Below the pieces are notes generated by a model. It made no database searches, was not told where the DNA came from, and worked only from the letters and a program-made list of their open reading frames with translations. Source: Candidatus Pyrohabitans jungbluthii (lineage in GTDB: Archaea; Hydrothermarchaeota; Hydrothermarchaeia; Hydrothermarchaeales; BMS3B). Taken from it: DNA of 64,000 bases. Positions 42,839 to 52,277 of the stretch are shown in pieces. Position numbers and translations under genes: made by a program. The stretch is taken from positions 97,768 to 161,767 of the forward strand of contig MTMD02000015.1 in the NCBI GenBank assembly GCA_002010065.2, read 5' to 3'. Position 1 is the stretch's first letter. Every line of letters begins with the position of its first letter.

Positions 42839-44802
42839 AGGCTCACCCCGAAGTGGCGGAGCAGGAAGTTGACCGCGGCACCTACAATAAAGGCGAAGGG
42901 GAAGATGAAGCTCACCATGACGAGAGCCACGCGCAGTCCGCGCTCCTTGATTATTATCAGGAAGTTGGCTATGCAGGGCACGAAGAGGGTTATCGTAACC
43001 AGCGCCACCACTATCTGCACTGGCGAGAGCATTCCCGCCTCGGCAAGGGCGAATAAGCCAGCGGCGCCATAATCGCGGCGCAGGAAGCCAACGATGAAGG
43101 CGTCGGTGGCCTCGCTGGGCAGGCCGAGCAGGCTCACTACCACAGGCGAGGCGAAGCTCCGAATTGCCGCGAGAGCGCCCAGCTTGTCCAGAGTGAAGAG
43201 GAGCAGCGTGCCCAAGATGAAGAGGGGCACAGCCTCGCGCAGGTACCACTCCATCCTGGCGAGGGTTTTGGCTACGATGTTCCCAAGCTGAGGAATGCGC
43301 AGGGGAGGTATTTCAAGTATAAAATCGGTGCTCTCACCCTTTACTAAGCGCGCCGCTAGGAAACCCACGAGCAACATTACCAGCACCACCACGCTTGCCC
43401 AGATCAGCACTGCCTTCGCAGATAAGCTTGCGAGCATCCCCAGGATAACGCCCAGCTGAGCAGAGCAGGGCACCGCGAGAGCTAAGAGGAGCGTCGCTAT
43501 TATGCGCTCCTTCCTAGTCTCCAGGATGCGCGTTGTGAGCGTCGCCATTGTGTCGCAGCCCAGACCGAGAATCATAGGCAGCACAGCCTTGCCGTTTAAC
43601 CCGATAACCTTAAAAATCCGGTTGGTCATTATGGCTAACCTCGGAAGGTAGCCCGAGTCCTCGAGAATACCGAAGGCTATGAAGAAGGTACCCACTATCG
43701 GCAGGATTATGGCTATCGCATAAGTGAGAGCCATTGTTATAATGCCGAACTCACCCACCAGCAGCTCCTGAATCAGGGGGAATGGTACAGTAGCCGTGAC
43801 CACGCGCTCCGCGAAGGGGTTAATGTACTTCTCGAAGAGCACTCCCTCAAAGAAGTCCACCAGCGTACCCGCGCCGAATACGCCCACGAATTCATACATC
43901 GCTATGAGCACCAGGATGAGGAAAGGTATGCCATAGACGGGGTGCATTGTAAGCGTGCCCAGCTTGGCGAGCATTGACCCGCCCTTTGGCGCGCTCTTTC
44001 TAACAACGCTGGCGACGATCTCGTCCACAACGCGAAGACGGTCGCGGTTTATCGCATAGTGCAGACTTCCACCTACCTTGCGCAACGCTGCGCTGCGAAT
44101 CTTTTCTATCGCAGCTATCTTTTCCACAGGAAGCGAGGCATAAAGCCAAGAAGCGAGACTCTCGTCACCAGCTACAAGCATCGCCGCGAGGGCGCGCCTG
44201 GAAATTCTCGCCTCTGGAAGAAGAGAAGCGATTCTCCCTATCGCATCTTCAATCTCGGGGGAGTACCTGAAGGAGTAGGGAGAGCGCCTAGCCTCAGATA
44301 TGGTTTTAACCAGCTTCCCCAGGCCTTTCTTCTGCGTCGCTATCGTCGAGATTACAGGTACGCGGAAGATCTCGCTTAGCTTGGCCTTATCTATGCTTAT
44401 CCCCCTGCTCCTTGCCTCGTCCTCCATGTTGAGCACTATTATGAAAGGCAAGCCCATTTCAGCGAGCTGAAGGGTTATAAGCAGCCCTCGGCGCAGGTTC
44501 TTTGAGTCTATAACCTGCACCACTGCGCTTAAATCCTCGTTGAGCAGGATATCTCTGGTAACCCGCTCGTCCTCGCTCATGGGTATTAAATCGTTCACGC
44601 CTGGAGTATCGATTATCAGCGTTTCATTATCGAAGCTCGCCGTGCCCTGAGATATCTCTACCGTCGTACCGGGGTAGTTGCTCACAGTCACATACTTCCC
44701 GGTGAGAAAACCGAAGATTACGCTCTTACCCACATTGGGGTTCCCTACAAGCGCTACTCTGCGAGAAGCCTTTGCAATGCTCTTGCTCTCATGGCAGTGC
44801 AT
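42835..44802 (-). CDS. feoB: Ferrous iron transporter FeoB
   Basis: G domain GNPNVGKS, DTPG, and a long polytopic C-terminal domain. 655 aa. Confidence 0.9.
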   Translation of the reverse strand: MHCHESKSIAKASRRVALVGNPNVGKSVIFGFLTGKYVTVSNYPGTTVEISQGTASFDNETLIIDTPGVNDLIPMSEDERVTRDILLNEDLSAVVQVIDSKNLRRGLLITLQLAEMGLPFIIVLNMEDEARSRGISIDKAKLSEIFRVPVISTIATQKKGLGKLVKTISEARRSPYSFRYSPEIEDAIGRIASLLPEARISRRALAAMLVAGDESLASWLYASLPVEKIAAIEKIRSAALRKVGGSLHYAINRDRLRVVDEIVASVVRKSAPKGGSMLAKLGTLTMHPVYGIPFLILVLIAMYEFVGVFGAGTLVDFFEGVLFEKYINPFAERVVTATVPFPLIQELLVGEFGIITMALTYAIAIILPIVGTFFIAFGILEDSGYLPRLAIMTNRIFKVIGLNGKAVLPMILGLGCDTMATLTTRILETRKERIIATLLLALAVPCSAQLGVILGMLASLSAKAVLIWASVVVLVMLLVGFLAARLVKGESTDFILEIPPLRIPQLGNIVAKTLARMEWYLREAVPLFILGTLLLFTLDKLGALAAIRSFASPVVVSLLGLPSEATDAFIVGFLRRDYGAAGLFALAEAGMLSPVQIVVALVTITLFVPCIANFLIIIKERGLRVALVMVSFIFPFAFIVGAAVNFLLRHFGVSL

Positions 44803-44811
44803 GCTATCACC

Positions 44812-44829
44812 AATTAGGTTCGCCTAATT
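44812..44829. promoter_or_regulatory. Perfect 7-4-7 palindrome AATTAGG-TTCG-CCTAATT, candidate DtxR-type iron box
   Basis: Read directly from the sequence. It lies 9 nt upstream of the feoB ATG and about 20 nt downstream of an A/T tract (44845-44858) shared with the divergent MFS gene. The TTAGG/CCTAA arms resemble DtxR/IdeR box half-sites. Confidence 0.5.
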
Positions 44830-44903
44830 TTGGGCGCATAACGTGTAAAAAAATTCCAAAACAGTTACCGACGCTGCACCTTCTAAATTATCAAAGGAGG
44901 GGT

Positions 44904-46379
44904 ATGCAGCGTCTCCAGCCCAAGAGATGGCTCTCGGGAGACGAGGTGAGGAAGAGTCTCGGCAACCTCATCTACGATGGAGTATTTTCCCAGGCGATGG
45001 CGGTGCTTGCCGGCGGCCCGATACTGGCGGCGTACGCCTTAGCCTTGGGTGCTGACAACTCCTACATAGGCTTAATAGCCGCCCTATCATTCTTCGCCGA
45101 ATTTGTGCAGCTGCCAGCGATTTACCTGGTGGAGAGGCTGAAGAAGCGCAAGTACATAGTCATCGCTTTTTCCTTCGCTTCAAGGCTGTTCATTGCGCTG
45201 ATAGCGGCCCTACCCCTGCTGCCTGTGAACACGCTGAACGCCCTGCTCCTCTTCCTTGCAGCTCACTACCTCTTAGCCAAGGTTTCCAACACCGCGTGGA
45301 ACTCCTGGATGCGCGATCTCGTACCCATTGAAATAAGGGGCATGTTCTACGCACGCAGGATGAGGCTCAGTCTGGCTCTCTCTGCCACACTCGCAATAGC
45401 CGCGGGCTTCTTCCTTGACCGCCTGGGCACAGTAGAGGCTTATTCCTTTGTTTTCCTGCTCGCCTTCCTGCTGGGCGTGCTCTCCACATTCTTCGTCTCT
45501 CGTATAGAGGAGCCTCAGATGTACAGTAGCAGGTTCTCCTTCCGGGTAATCTTGGAGCCATTCGCAGAGAGAAACTTCCGCAACCTGGTGTACTTCGTCG
45601 CCCTGTGGAGCCTCGCCTCAAACATGGTTCTCCCCTTCCTCGCGGTTTACATGTTCAAGGTGCTGAATCTAAGCGTTGCCATCGTTATGATTCTGAACGT
45701 CGTCAGCCAGCTCACCAGCATATACTTCCTGCGTTTTCTGGGTGAGATAAGTGACGCCTACGGCAACAAGCCTTTGCTGGCGATAGCGGGCAGCGTGTTC
45801 TCCTTGAGCATATTCCTGTGGACATTCTCCACCATGCCGGGGACGCACGCGCTCACGCTCCCCCTCATCTTCATACTCCATATCTTCCTGGGCTTTGCAG
45901 TGGCAAGCATAAACCTGTGCTCTGCCAACATAGCGGCAAAGCTCTCCCCACCCGAGAGGTCAACGAGCTACCTGGCAACGCTGGCGCTGGTAACTGCGCT
46001 CTTCTCTGGTTTGGGCGCGTTAATCTCTGGTAGGATGCTGGACTTCTTTGTGGAGCGCAGGCTATCGCTGGTGATACAGTGGTTCGAGCCCGAGCGCGAA
46101 GTGGACATAGAGGTGATGGACTTCACGGGCTACGACTTCCACTTCTTAATCGCCTTCTTCATAACCCTCTTTGCCCTTCACCGCCTCGCCTTTGTGCGCG
46201 AAGCTGGAGAGGCGCCCACACGAGTGGTCAGAAATGAGCTCATGAGCATGGTGCGCCGCGACCTCCGCGGCATAGCCACCGTCGGAGGTGTGCACCTGCT
46301 CAGCCCGCGCATAATATATGCCCCCATACTGAGCTACACCCAGAAAATAAGGAGAAGGCGGAAATACTACGGGGGGTAA
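44904..46379 (+). CDS. MFS transporter
   Basis: About 12 predicted TM helices. Start at the ATG preceded by AAAGGAGGGG (ORF opens at 44772, inside the feoB promoter). Confidence 0.7.
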   Translation: MQRLQPKRWLSGDEVRKSLGNLIYDGVFSQAMAVLAGGPILAAYALALGADNSYIGLIAALSFFAEFVQLPAIYLVERLKKRKYIVIAFSFASRLFIALIAALPLLPVNTLNALLLFLAAHYLLAKVSNTAWNSWMRDLVPIEIRGMFYARRMRLSLALSATLAIAAGFFLDRLGTVEAYSFVFLLAFLLGVLSTFFVSRIEEPQMYSSRFSFRVILEPFAERNFRNLVYFVALWSLASNMVLPFLAVYMFKVLNLSVAIVMILNVVSQLTSIYFLRFLGEISDAYGNKPLLAIAGSVFSLSIFLWTFSTMPGTHALTLPLIFILHIFLGFAVASINLCSANIAAKLSPPERSTSYLATLALVTALFSGLGALISGRMLDFFVERRLSLVIQWFEPEREVDIEVMDFTGYDFHFLIAFFITLFALHRLAFVREAGEAPTRVVRNELMSMVRRDLRGIATVGGVHLLSPRIIYAPILSYTQKIRRRRKYYGG

Positions 46380-46584
46380 GAAAAAGACGGCAGTTAGGAA
46401 ATCTGCGCCCAGCTGCCATCTTACTTAGGATATACTACTCCCACGTGCATATATAAATGTTCTGGATAGAATTGCTAACCGGGCTATATGGAATAATTAG
46501 CCAGATTAACAGTGGCTCAGTGTAGGGACACAAGCGACGCTAGAGGTTTAGGTTTATTAACGAGCAGGAGGGTAAGAAAGGGTA

Positions 46585-47688
46585 ATGAAAGCAGGAATAA
46601 TACTCCTCCTAAGCTACGCCTCGGCGATGATGAGTTCCATCTTCATGCCGAATTACTCTCAAGCTCTTGGGGCGAGCAGCTTTGAGATTGGCATAATAGG
46701 CACAGCCTATGGCATTGCCATATTCCTCTCCTCCTACCTATTCGGCAGGGCTTCTGACATGCGGGACAGGAAGAGCTTTGTGCTTTTGGGCTTAGGCTTA
46801 GCGGCTATCGCCTATTTGATGCAGATACTCGCCTTTGACCCCACCTCGCTGATGCTCATCCGAGCCTTCGTGGGCTTCACCATGGGAATCTTTACCCCAC
46901 CCCTCATCGCCTACACCTACGACGCTGGCGAGAAGCTTGGGAGCCTAGCTGCATTCGGCTCCCTGGGCTGGGCTTTCGGAAGCCTGCTCGCTGGCGTCGT
47001 GGCTAAAACGGGGGAGGTTTACCTACCTGAAAACCTTTTCATGCCCTATTGGCTCGTCTTTGCCCTTTGCGCTGCGCTCTTCCTCGCCTCCTTCGCCATA
47101 GCGCTTACTCTGCCCAATGTGAAAACGTCTAGGGTAGAGGTGCCCCTCTTTCCCTTGGATTTGATAAAAAGAAACTACCACATCTACCTCCCCAATTTAT
47201 TGCGCCACTCAGGTGCCTTTGCCATATGGATAATCTTTCCCCTCTACCTGGCGCAACTCGGGGCGAGCAAGCTCTGGATAGGCGTAATATATTTCGTCAA
47301 TACCTTTGCCCAGTTCTTCATAATGCGCCGGCTGAACTACAGCTCGCCGGCTAAGCTGGTGGAGCTTGGCTTGGTGCTGAGCATGGTGGTGTTCTTCTCC
47401 TACACTTTAACCAAGAGCTACCTGGCAGTGCTCCCAATTCAGGTGTTTCTCGCCCTCTCCTACTCCATGCTCTACGTGGGTTCGCTGCGCTACCTTGCGG
47501 AGAACAACCCTGAGACTGCGACGAGCGTTGGCCTGCTCGGCTCCTTCATCAGCATATCCATGGCAGCCGGACCCTTCCTTGGAGGCGCAATCTCCCATGC
47601 GTACGGCTACCACGCTGCGATGTACCTCGCCTCAGCGCTCACCTTAGTTGCCCTCTTGATAAAGAAAAGCAGGAGAGGTGAGCCATGA
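46585..47688 (+). CDS. MFS transporter
   Basis: Polytopic 367 aa with an MFS-like GRASDMRDRK loop between TM2 and TM3. Confidence 0.75.
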   Translation: MKAGIILLLSYASAMMSSIFMPNYSQALGASSFEIGIIGTAYGIAIFLSSYLFGRASDMRDRKSFVLLGLGLAAIAYLMQILAFDPTSLMLIRAFVGFTMGIFTPPLIAYTYDAGEKLGSLAAFGSLGWAFGSLLAGVVAKTGEVYLPENLFMPYWLVFALCAALFLASFAIALTLPNVKTSRVEVPLFPLDLIKRNYHIYLPNLLRHSGAFAIWIIFPLYLAQLGASKLWIGVIYFVNTFAQFFIMRRLNYSSPAKLVELGLVLSMVVFFSYTLTKSYLAVLPIQVFLALSYSMLYVGSLRYLAENNPETATSVGLLGSFISISMAAGPFLGGAISHAYGYHAAMYLASALTLVALLIKKSRRGEP

Positions 47689-48122
47689 GCTTTGTGCCCT
47701 TCGCCGTAGGCGTTGGTACCTTCATGGCAAATTACCTTCTTCTCTCAGCCCTCTTCTCAGCTTTCCCCGAGCTTATAGAGCACACCTTTCCGGCTGAGCC
47801 ATGGTGGACCTCGCTTAATCCTCTCCTCCTCAACCTCTACGTAGGCATCGCGGCGCCAGTGATGGAGGAGATTATTTTCCGCGGTTTTCTCCTGGAAAGG
47901 CTTCGCAGGAGGATAAACCAAAGCGCAGCGCTTCTTGCTTCGAGTGCAGCCTTTGGGGCATACCACCTCCTCTTCGGCTGGGGCTGGTTTAAGGCGGTTG
48001 ACATGACTCTCGTGGGCATGATCTTTGGCGCCGTCTACCTGCGCTACCGCTTGGCTGGAAGCATCGCAAGTCACATAGCTAACAACGCAGCGAGCATCCT
48101 CGCAACCCTAGCATTAGCTTAG
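47685..48122 (+). CDS. CPBP-family intramembrane glutamic endopeptidase
   Basis: EEIIFRGFLL, FGAYH and HIANN motifs. ATGA overlap with the MFS gene. Confidence 0.75.
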   Translation: MSFVPFAVGVGTFMANYLLLSALFSAFPELIEHTFPAEPWWTSLNPLLLNLYVGIAAPVMEEIIFRGFLLERLRRRINQSAALLASSAAFGAYHLLFGWGWFKAVDMTLVGMIFGAVYLRYRLAGSIASHIANNAASILATLALA

Positions 48123-48779
48123 TATGAACCTGAGCTTTATCGCCTTGTAGGGGCACTCCTCCACACACGCCCAGCACAGCGAACATTCGTGCAGTTCTCT
48201 GCCATGAGCCACGTCCAAGTTCATCTCACACACGCGGTTACAGCGCTCGCAGGTGGTGCACTCCTCGCCAATACGGAGGCGGAATACCGCTAACTTACCC
48301 AAGAGGCTAAACCACCCGCCGAGAGGGCAGAAGGAGGTGCAGAACACTCTGCCATACACGAGGCTGCTAAGCACTATGGCAAAAAGTCCGCCCAGTGCGA
48401 CGTAGCGGGGCGTAATCTCACTTGCGAAACTTAACCCAGTGGTGGTGGAGTAGTAGAGCAGCAGTGCCACTGCTGCAAGGATGACATACTTCAAGCGCTT
48501 GTCCACATTGGCTCTTCTCCTGCTCATAGGCGCAAGAAAGTTGAAAACTGCAGCAAGAGGGCAAAGCCACCCGCAGAACACACGGCCAAAACTCAGCCCC
48601 AGAAACACGCTCGCTAAAAGGAGCACCTTCATCTCCGCGGAGTAAACCTGGAAGAAGGCACCCTCAACCTTAAAAAAATCACTGAAGTAGTGCCCGAAAG
48701 CAGCAAATCCATCGGTAACGTACATCACACTTACCACAAGTACAAAGGTTAAAAACAGCCGCCTTACGTCCTGTATCAT
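48114..48779 (-). CDS. NapH/MauN-like membrane polyferredoxin
   Basis: TM helices with CGWLCPL and CTSFCPLG motifs. C-terminal CTTCERCNRVC and CSLCWACVEECP. Confidence 0.65.
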   Translation of the reverse strand: MIQDVRRLFLTFVLVVSVMYVTDGFAAFGHYFSDFFKVEGAFFQVYSAEMKVLLLASVFLGLSFGRVFCGWLCPLAAVFNFLAPMSRRRANVDKRLKYVILAAVALLLYYSTTTGLSFASEITPRYVALGGLFAIVLSSLVYGRVFCTSFCPLGGWFSLLGKLAVFRLRIGEECTTCERCNRVCEMNLDVAHGRELHECSLCWACVEECPYKAIKLRFILS

Positions 48780-48883
48780 GGGCTCCGCCTTTTATATTGT
48801 TAACCTTGCTACAGAAGGGGGCTCTGCCCCATCTCTATACCCCCGATTTAGGGAGAATACCAATATAAAAGTAAGTGGTAATT

Positions 48884-49729
48884 ATGCTTCCCGATGTTCA
48901 AACCCGAGCGCCTGAGATAAGGATGCCCCTCTCGCGAGTGGGGGTGAACAACGTCCGCAAGCTGCTTAGAGTTAGACGCGGCGAGGGAAAGCGCGACATT
49001 GTGCTCCTCGCTAACTTTGAGTGCTATGTGGACCTGCCCAGCTTTCAGAAGGGTACTCACATGTCCAGAAACCTGGAGGCGATAAATGAGATTATAGAGA
49101 AAGCCTCTGAGAAGCCAGTGTACAAGCTCGAGGAGCTGTGCAGTGATGTGGTGCTGGAGATTCTCCGCCGCCACAGCTACGCCAGCGTAAGCGAGGTTTC
49201 AATGGAGAGCAATCTCATGGTCCATCGCAGATCGCCTCTTGGCAGAGCTACGCAGGACTTCGTGAAGCTAATTGCAAAGGCAAAGGCGGAGCGCAGCAAT
49301 GGGGTTACCCTCACCCGGGAGGTGGGCGCCGAGATTCAGGGCATCATATTCCACTTCGCAGGCGAAAGCGAGGGCAAGATGTGCACCCAGCGCGCAAAGG
49401 CGAGGCTGAGCATATCTACGCGTGGGGATGAGTACGTACCCCTCGAAGACATCTTGGACATCCTCGAGGCATCGCTGAGCGCAAAGGCATACGGAGCGCT
49501 GAGCAGGGAGGAGGAGAGCATAGTGCTCTCTCAGGCATGTGCCTCTCCCCGCTCTCCCCGCGAGGTTGTGGGTGCGATACTCGCGGGTGTTAAGGAGAAG
49601 TTCCCGAAGCTCAGCGAGGATGCACGCATAGCAGCGCAGTGCACAGCTCAGGAGCCGCTCTTCACCTTTAAAAGCATCGCGAGGGTAGAGCTGAGTTTTG
49701 GAGAGCTTAAGGGTTCCACATGGGCATAG
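48884..49729 (+). CDS. mptA: GTP cyclohydrolase MptA/FolE2 family
   Basis: RMPLSRVGV..., QKGTHMSRN. ORF opens at GTG 48875; the ATG at 48884 is chosen. Confidence 0.75.
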   Translation: MLPDVQTRAPEIRMPLSRVGVNNVRKLLRVRRGEGKRDIVLLANFECYVDLPSFQKGTHMSRNLEAINEIIEKASEKPVYKLEELCSDVVLEILRRHSYASVSEVSMESNLMVHRRSPLGRATQDFVKLIAKAKAERSNGVTLTREVGAEIQGIIFHFAGESEGKMCTQRAKARLSISTRGDEYVPLEDILDILEASLSAKAYGALSREEESIVLSQACASPRSPREVVGAILAGVKEKFPKLSEDARIAAQCTAQEPLFTFKSIARVELSFGELKGSTWA

Positions 49730-52149
49730 CGGTAATCTTCGCCTCAAGCAAGCGCAGCCTCAGGCTGTGGGTTCACTCGAATAAGAAACGCATTCTCGAG
49801 GGAGAAATCAAACTCAGGCAGGGCAAGGTGCACCACCTCCTTTCTCAAAAGCTTCGCAACCCCATGCCACGCAAGGCTCTGGTGAAGCTTCTCTCCTCTG
49901 TAGAATGCGTTATCCCTCGCGGCTCTGAGCCCTTCGTGAGAGAAGCCCTTGCCGAGGCGGGGATAACCTTCAGGGAGGCTGAGCTGTGCATTCCCTGCCT
50001 CCACAGGGGCAAGCTCAGCTTTTTGAACGCCGATGCGGTGCTCCTCCACGGCAGGCGCGCCTGCGCTGAGTGCGCAGCAGAAGAGCTCAAAAGAGAGCTC
50101 AGCTTCAGGGGCTACTCTGGAAAAACGTTTAAGAGGTTTCTGAAGCTGCTTCTGCGCTACCGCGACTTTGAGCGAGTGGTTAAAATTCTGGATGCGAGGG
50201 TGGACGTTACAAGCGAGGAGCTGAGCCTCTACGACGTTATCGAGGGGGCGCAAAGCACCGGACGGAGCGTGGCGAGCCTTGAGATTGACCCCGAGTTTAA
50301 GAAGCTCCTGCTCAGGCGGGGTATAAAAAGGCTCATGCCAGTGCAGGAGATGGCGCTTAAGAGCGGTCTCCTCGAGGGCAAAAACCTTCTGGTTGTAAGC
50401 GCCACAGCCTCTGGCAAAACCCTCATAGGCGAACTCGCAGGCATTGAGCGCGCCCTGAAAGATGAGCGCTTCCTGTTTCTCGTACCTCTAGTGGCGATAG
50501 CCAACCAGAAGTACCAAGACTTCAAGGTTTACGAGGAGCTTGGCCTGCGTGTGGCTATTCGCGTTGGGATGAGCAGAATCCGGGAAAGCGAAGAGCTTGT
50601 GGTGGTGGACAGCGATTTGAGCGAGGCGAACATTATCGTGGGAACATACGAGGGTATAGATGCGCTGCTCAGGCGCGGTCACAAAGGGGAACTTGGGAGG
50701 GTGGGCGTAGTAGTTATAGATGAACTCCACATGCTGAGCGAGGAGGAGCGGGGCGCTGAGATAGATGGTCTTATCGCCAGGCTTCGCGGGGCTTTTCCTG
50801 GGGCGCAGCTCATCTGCTTATCCGCGACGATAGGCAACGCTTCCCAGCTGGCTGAGCACTACTCCCTTAAACCTGTAATTTATACCTCCCGTCCAGTACC
50901 CTTAGAGAGGCACCTCATCTTCCTGCGCAGTGAAGCGGAGAAGCGCCAAGCAATAGTGAAGCTTGTTAGAAAGGAGAGTGAAAGCGTCTCATCCAAGGGA
51001 TTCAGAGGGCAGAGTATAGTATTCACCAACTCCCGCTTTAAGGCAGCCAGCCTGGCAGCCTTCCTCAGGAACCGCGGGATTCGTGCACAGAGCTACCATG
51101 CTGGCTTAACCTATGCCCAGAGGAAGCGGATAGAGGAAGCGTTCCTTCGTGGAGAACTCGAATGCGTGGTAACCACCGCTGCTCTCGGTGCAGGCGTGGA
51201 TTTTCCAGCTTCGCAGGTCATCTTTGAGACGCTGAGCATGGGCAACCGCTGGCTCAGCGTAGCTGAGTTCCACCAGATGCTCGGCAGGGCTGGGAGACCA
51301 GGATACCACGACCGCGGCAAGGTGGTGCTTCTTGCTGAGCAGGGCAGAAAGCTGCTTTCAAGCAGAGAAAGCGAGGAAGAGGTAGCGATTACGCTTCTAA
51401 GCGGAAGCGTGGAGAGTGTAGAGGTCGTAGCGGAAGATGAAGAGCTCATGGCTCAGGTGCTGGCTAACCTCTGCACCTTTGAAAGCTACGAAGACGCTGA
51501 GAAGGCCAGCAAGGCTATGTTCTGCTACGGAGGTGAGTTTGAGCACTGGTTGAGCAGGCTCGAGGCTCTTGGCCTTGTCTACGAGGGCAAACCCACGAAG
51601 CTCGGAAGAATTGCTGCGGAGCACTTCCTTCTCCCTGGGGAGGCAAGGATGATAGCTGACAGCGCAGCGACGCCACCCTTGGAGCTTCTTTCAAAGTTGC
51701 TGCCCTTTACCAACGCCTACATTTCGCCCACGCTCAAGTCGAGGCTGGAGGAAAGCTATCACACGGCGGTAAGCGCGAGGTACTTCGATGCCGTGGGCAT
51801 AATCTTTGAGGAGCCGAAGCGGGAGTTTGAGGAGGTGCTGAATCTGGTAAAAGATGATTTCCTCGCGTGCAAGTGCAAGGCTTTCCCCTACTGCGAGCAT
51901 CCGTCGCAGGAGCTTTCGAAGAAGGTGGTGCTTCTCAGAAAGGCTGGGAGAAGCTCAAAGGACATAGCCAGAGCGCTGAGCGTTTATAAAATGCTCGTGT
52001 ACTCGGGCGATATTTTCAACTGGCTGGAGAGTGCTGTGAGAAAGCTCGAGGCGATGGAGAGGATATACCTGCTTAGAGGCGAGAGGAGGAATGCAAAGCT
52101 CGCGAGAGAGCTCAGGCTTAGTGTGGAGGTGCCAGCAGGTAGGGGCTGA
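49720..52149 (+). CDS. Ski2-like superfamily 2 helicase with N-terminal C4 zinc finger (ASH-Ski2-like)
   Basis: CIPC...CAEC in the first about 120 aa, Walker A SATASGKT, DExH VVIDELHML, SAT, QMLGRAGRPG. Overlaps the mptA end by 10 nt. Confidence 0.7.
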   Translation: MGIAVIFASSKRSLRLWVHSNKKRILEGEIKLRQGKVHHLLSQKLRNPMPRKALVKLLSSVECVIPRGSEPFVREALAEAGITFREAELCIPCLHRGKLSFLNADAVLLHGRRACAECAAEELKRELSFRGYSGKTFKRFLKLLLRYRDFERVVKILDARVDVTSEELSLYDVIEGAQSTGRSVASLEIDPEFKKLLLRRGIKRLMPVQEMALKSGLLEGKNLLVVSATASGKTLIGELAGIERALKDERFLFLVPLVAIANQKYQDFKVYEELGLRVAIRVGMSRIRESEELVVVDSDLSEANIIVGTYEGIDALLRRGHKGELGRVGVVVIDELHMLSEEERGAEIDGLIARLRGAFPGAQLICLSATIGNASQLAEHYSLKPVIYTSRPVPLERHLIFLRSEAEKRQAIVKLVRKESESVSSKGFRGQSIVFTNSRFKAASLAAFLRNRGIRAQSYHAGLTYAQRKRIEEAFLRGELECVVTTAALGAGVDFPASQVIFETLSMGNRWLSVAEFHQMLGRAGRPGYHDRGKVVLLAEQGRKLLSSRESEEEVAITLLSGSVESVEVVAEDEELMAQVLANLCTFESYEDAEKASKAMFCYGGEFEHWLSRLEALGLVYEGKPTKLGRIAAEHFLLPGEARMIADSAATPPLELLSKLLPFTNAYISPTLKSRLEESYHTAVSARYFDAVGIIFEEPKREFEEVLNLVKDDFLACKCKAFPYCEHPSQELSKKVVLLRKAGRSSKDIARALSVYKMLVYSGDIFNWLESAVRKLEAMERIYLLRGERRNAKLARELRLSVEVPAGRG

Positions 52150-52277
52150 AAAGTTTCCATGTATGTGGAGAAACGTTATGCATTTATTTCTTCATATAAC
52201 GATACCTTTAGTGAGAATTATAAGGATTGCTAATTAGATTTATCATCATAATTTGGCTTATTGGCAGGAGATAGAGA

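Noticed and set aside
42839-43249. N-terminal 137 codons of listed ORF 42659..43249
   Set aside because: This part lies inside feoB in another frame and is Arg/Gly/Pro-rich nonsense. Only the last 59 codons, starting at the ATG that overlaps the feoB stop, look like a real zinc-ribbon gene.
46380-46584. Search for a second DtxR-type box upstream of the second MFS gene (TTTAGGTTTATTAAC)
   Set aside because: It shares TTAGG with the feoB palindrome but has no inverted partner arm, so it is not a convincing operator.
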